The notes beneath the pieces are model-generated. The model searched no databases. It was given only the letters and a program-made list of their open reading frames with translations, and had not been told where the DNA came from. A stretch of DNA of 63,000 nucleotides, the filler included, from Sphacelaria rigidula (lineage: Eukaryota), in the NCBI GenBank assembly GCA_964200075.2. It is 8 parts of 8 records of this genome, joined end to end, with 100 filler letters (N's around TTAATTAATTAA, not from the genome) between each part and the next. Parts side by side here need not be neighbours in the genome. Positions count along the whole stretch, not along the records: positions 55,214 to 63,000 come from CAXNAA020013462.1; 7 more parts are not named here. One strand, 5' to 3'. Positions 62,675 through 63,000 of this stretch are shown piece after piece. Numbering within the stretch: the first letter of the stretch is position 1; every line of letters starts with the position of its first letter. Both the position numbers and the translations under genes were made by a program.

Positions 62675-62950
62675 CTCCTCTTTCTCAGGACGACTCCGTG
62701 GTCTCAAGGGACGAGCCCACCTCTCCCCGGTATACGCCTTGCATTCTGACCTCGCGGATTGGATCATGACTATCAGCAATCCCGCACCGCGTCAACTTTC
62801 GTCAAACAAAATCCCACCAGCTACTTTTTGTTTACTCACGTACTCATGCTTTCGACGGTGGAAATCAAATACTTTGAAGGAAAGACAAATGCATCGGAAA
62901 ACGAATTCCTTCCACCCTGATGTTAAGACGTGAACAAAGGTGGCATGAGA
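62675..62950 (-). mobile_element. tRNA-derived SINE family 2
   Basis: ccgtggtctcaaggg...cgcggattggatcatgactatcagc...cgcgtcaact...; a partial copy lies at 43075-43155. Confidence 0.7.
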
Positions 62951-63000
62951 TCGTTTGATGCACTAGACAGTAGGGAGAAAACGATGGCTATACTAGGAGA

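Overview
Eukaryotic, intron-rich and repeat-rich DNA, most likely from a brown alga or related stramenopile (inferred from exon/intron style and TE content, not proven). The window is not one locus. It is eight short contigs (1-7788, 7889-15676, 15777-23564, 23665-31452, 31553-39339, 39440-47226, 47327-55113, 55214-63000) of 7788 bp (x4) and 7787 bp (x4), joined by 100-bp N44-TTAATTAATTAA-N44 spacers, so nothing should be linked across spacers. Contig 1: intron-rich, frameshifted hAT (BED + DDE + dimerisation) transposase whose C-terminal exons precede its N-terminal exons. Contig 2: 3' exons of a formin. Contig 3: SEL1-repeat gene with an upstream helical domain, plus a 700-bp foldback element. 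Contig 4: nest of a deleted Ty3/Gypsy element and two RTE-type LINE fragments. Contig 5: 3' exons of a GT31 glycosyltransferase plus MITEs. Contig 6: coiled-coil gene. Contig 7: 5'-truncated Ty1/Copia element. Contig 8: unknown multi-pass membrane protein. Two tRNA-derived SINE families and several MITE or foldback families are dispersed throughout. No CRISPR, rRNA or intact tRNA gene was seen. The best candidates for something new are the circularly permuted hAT unit, the helical-bundle + SEL1 protein, and a 3' module shared between different short repeats. None is established.
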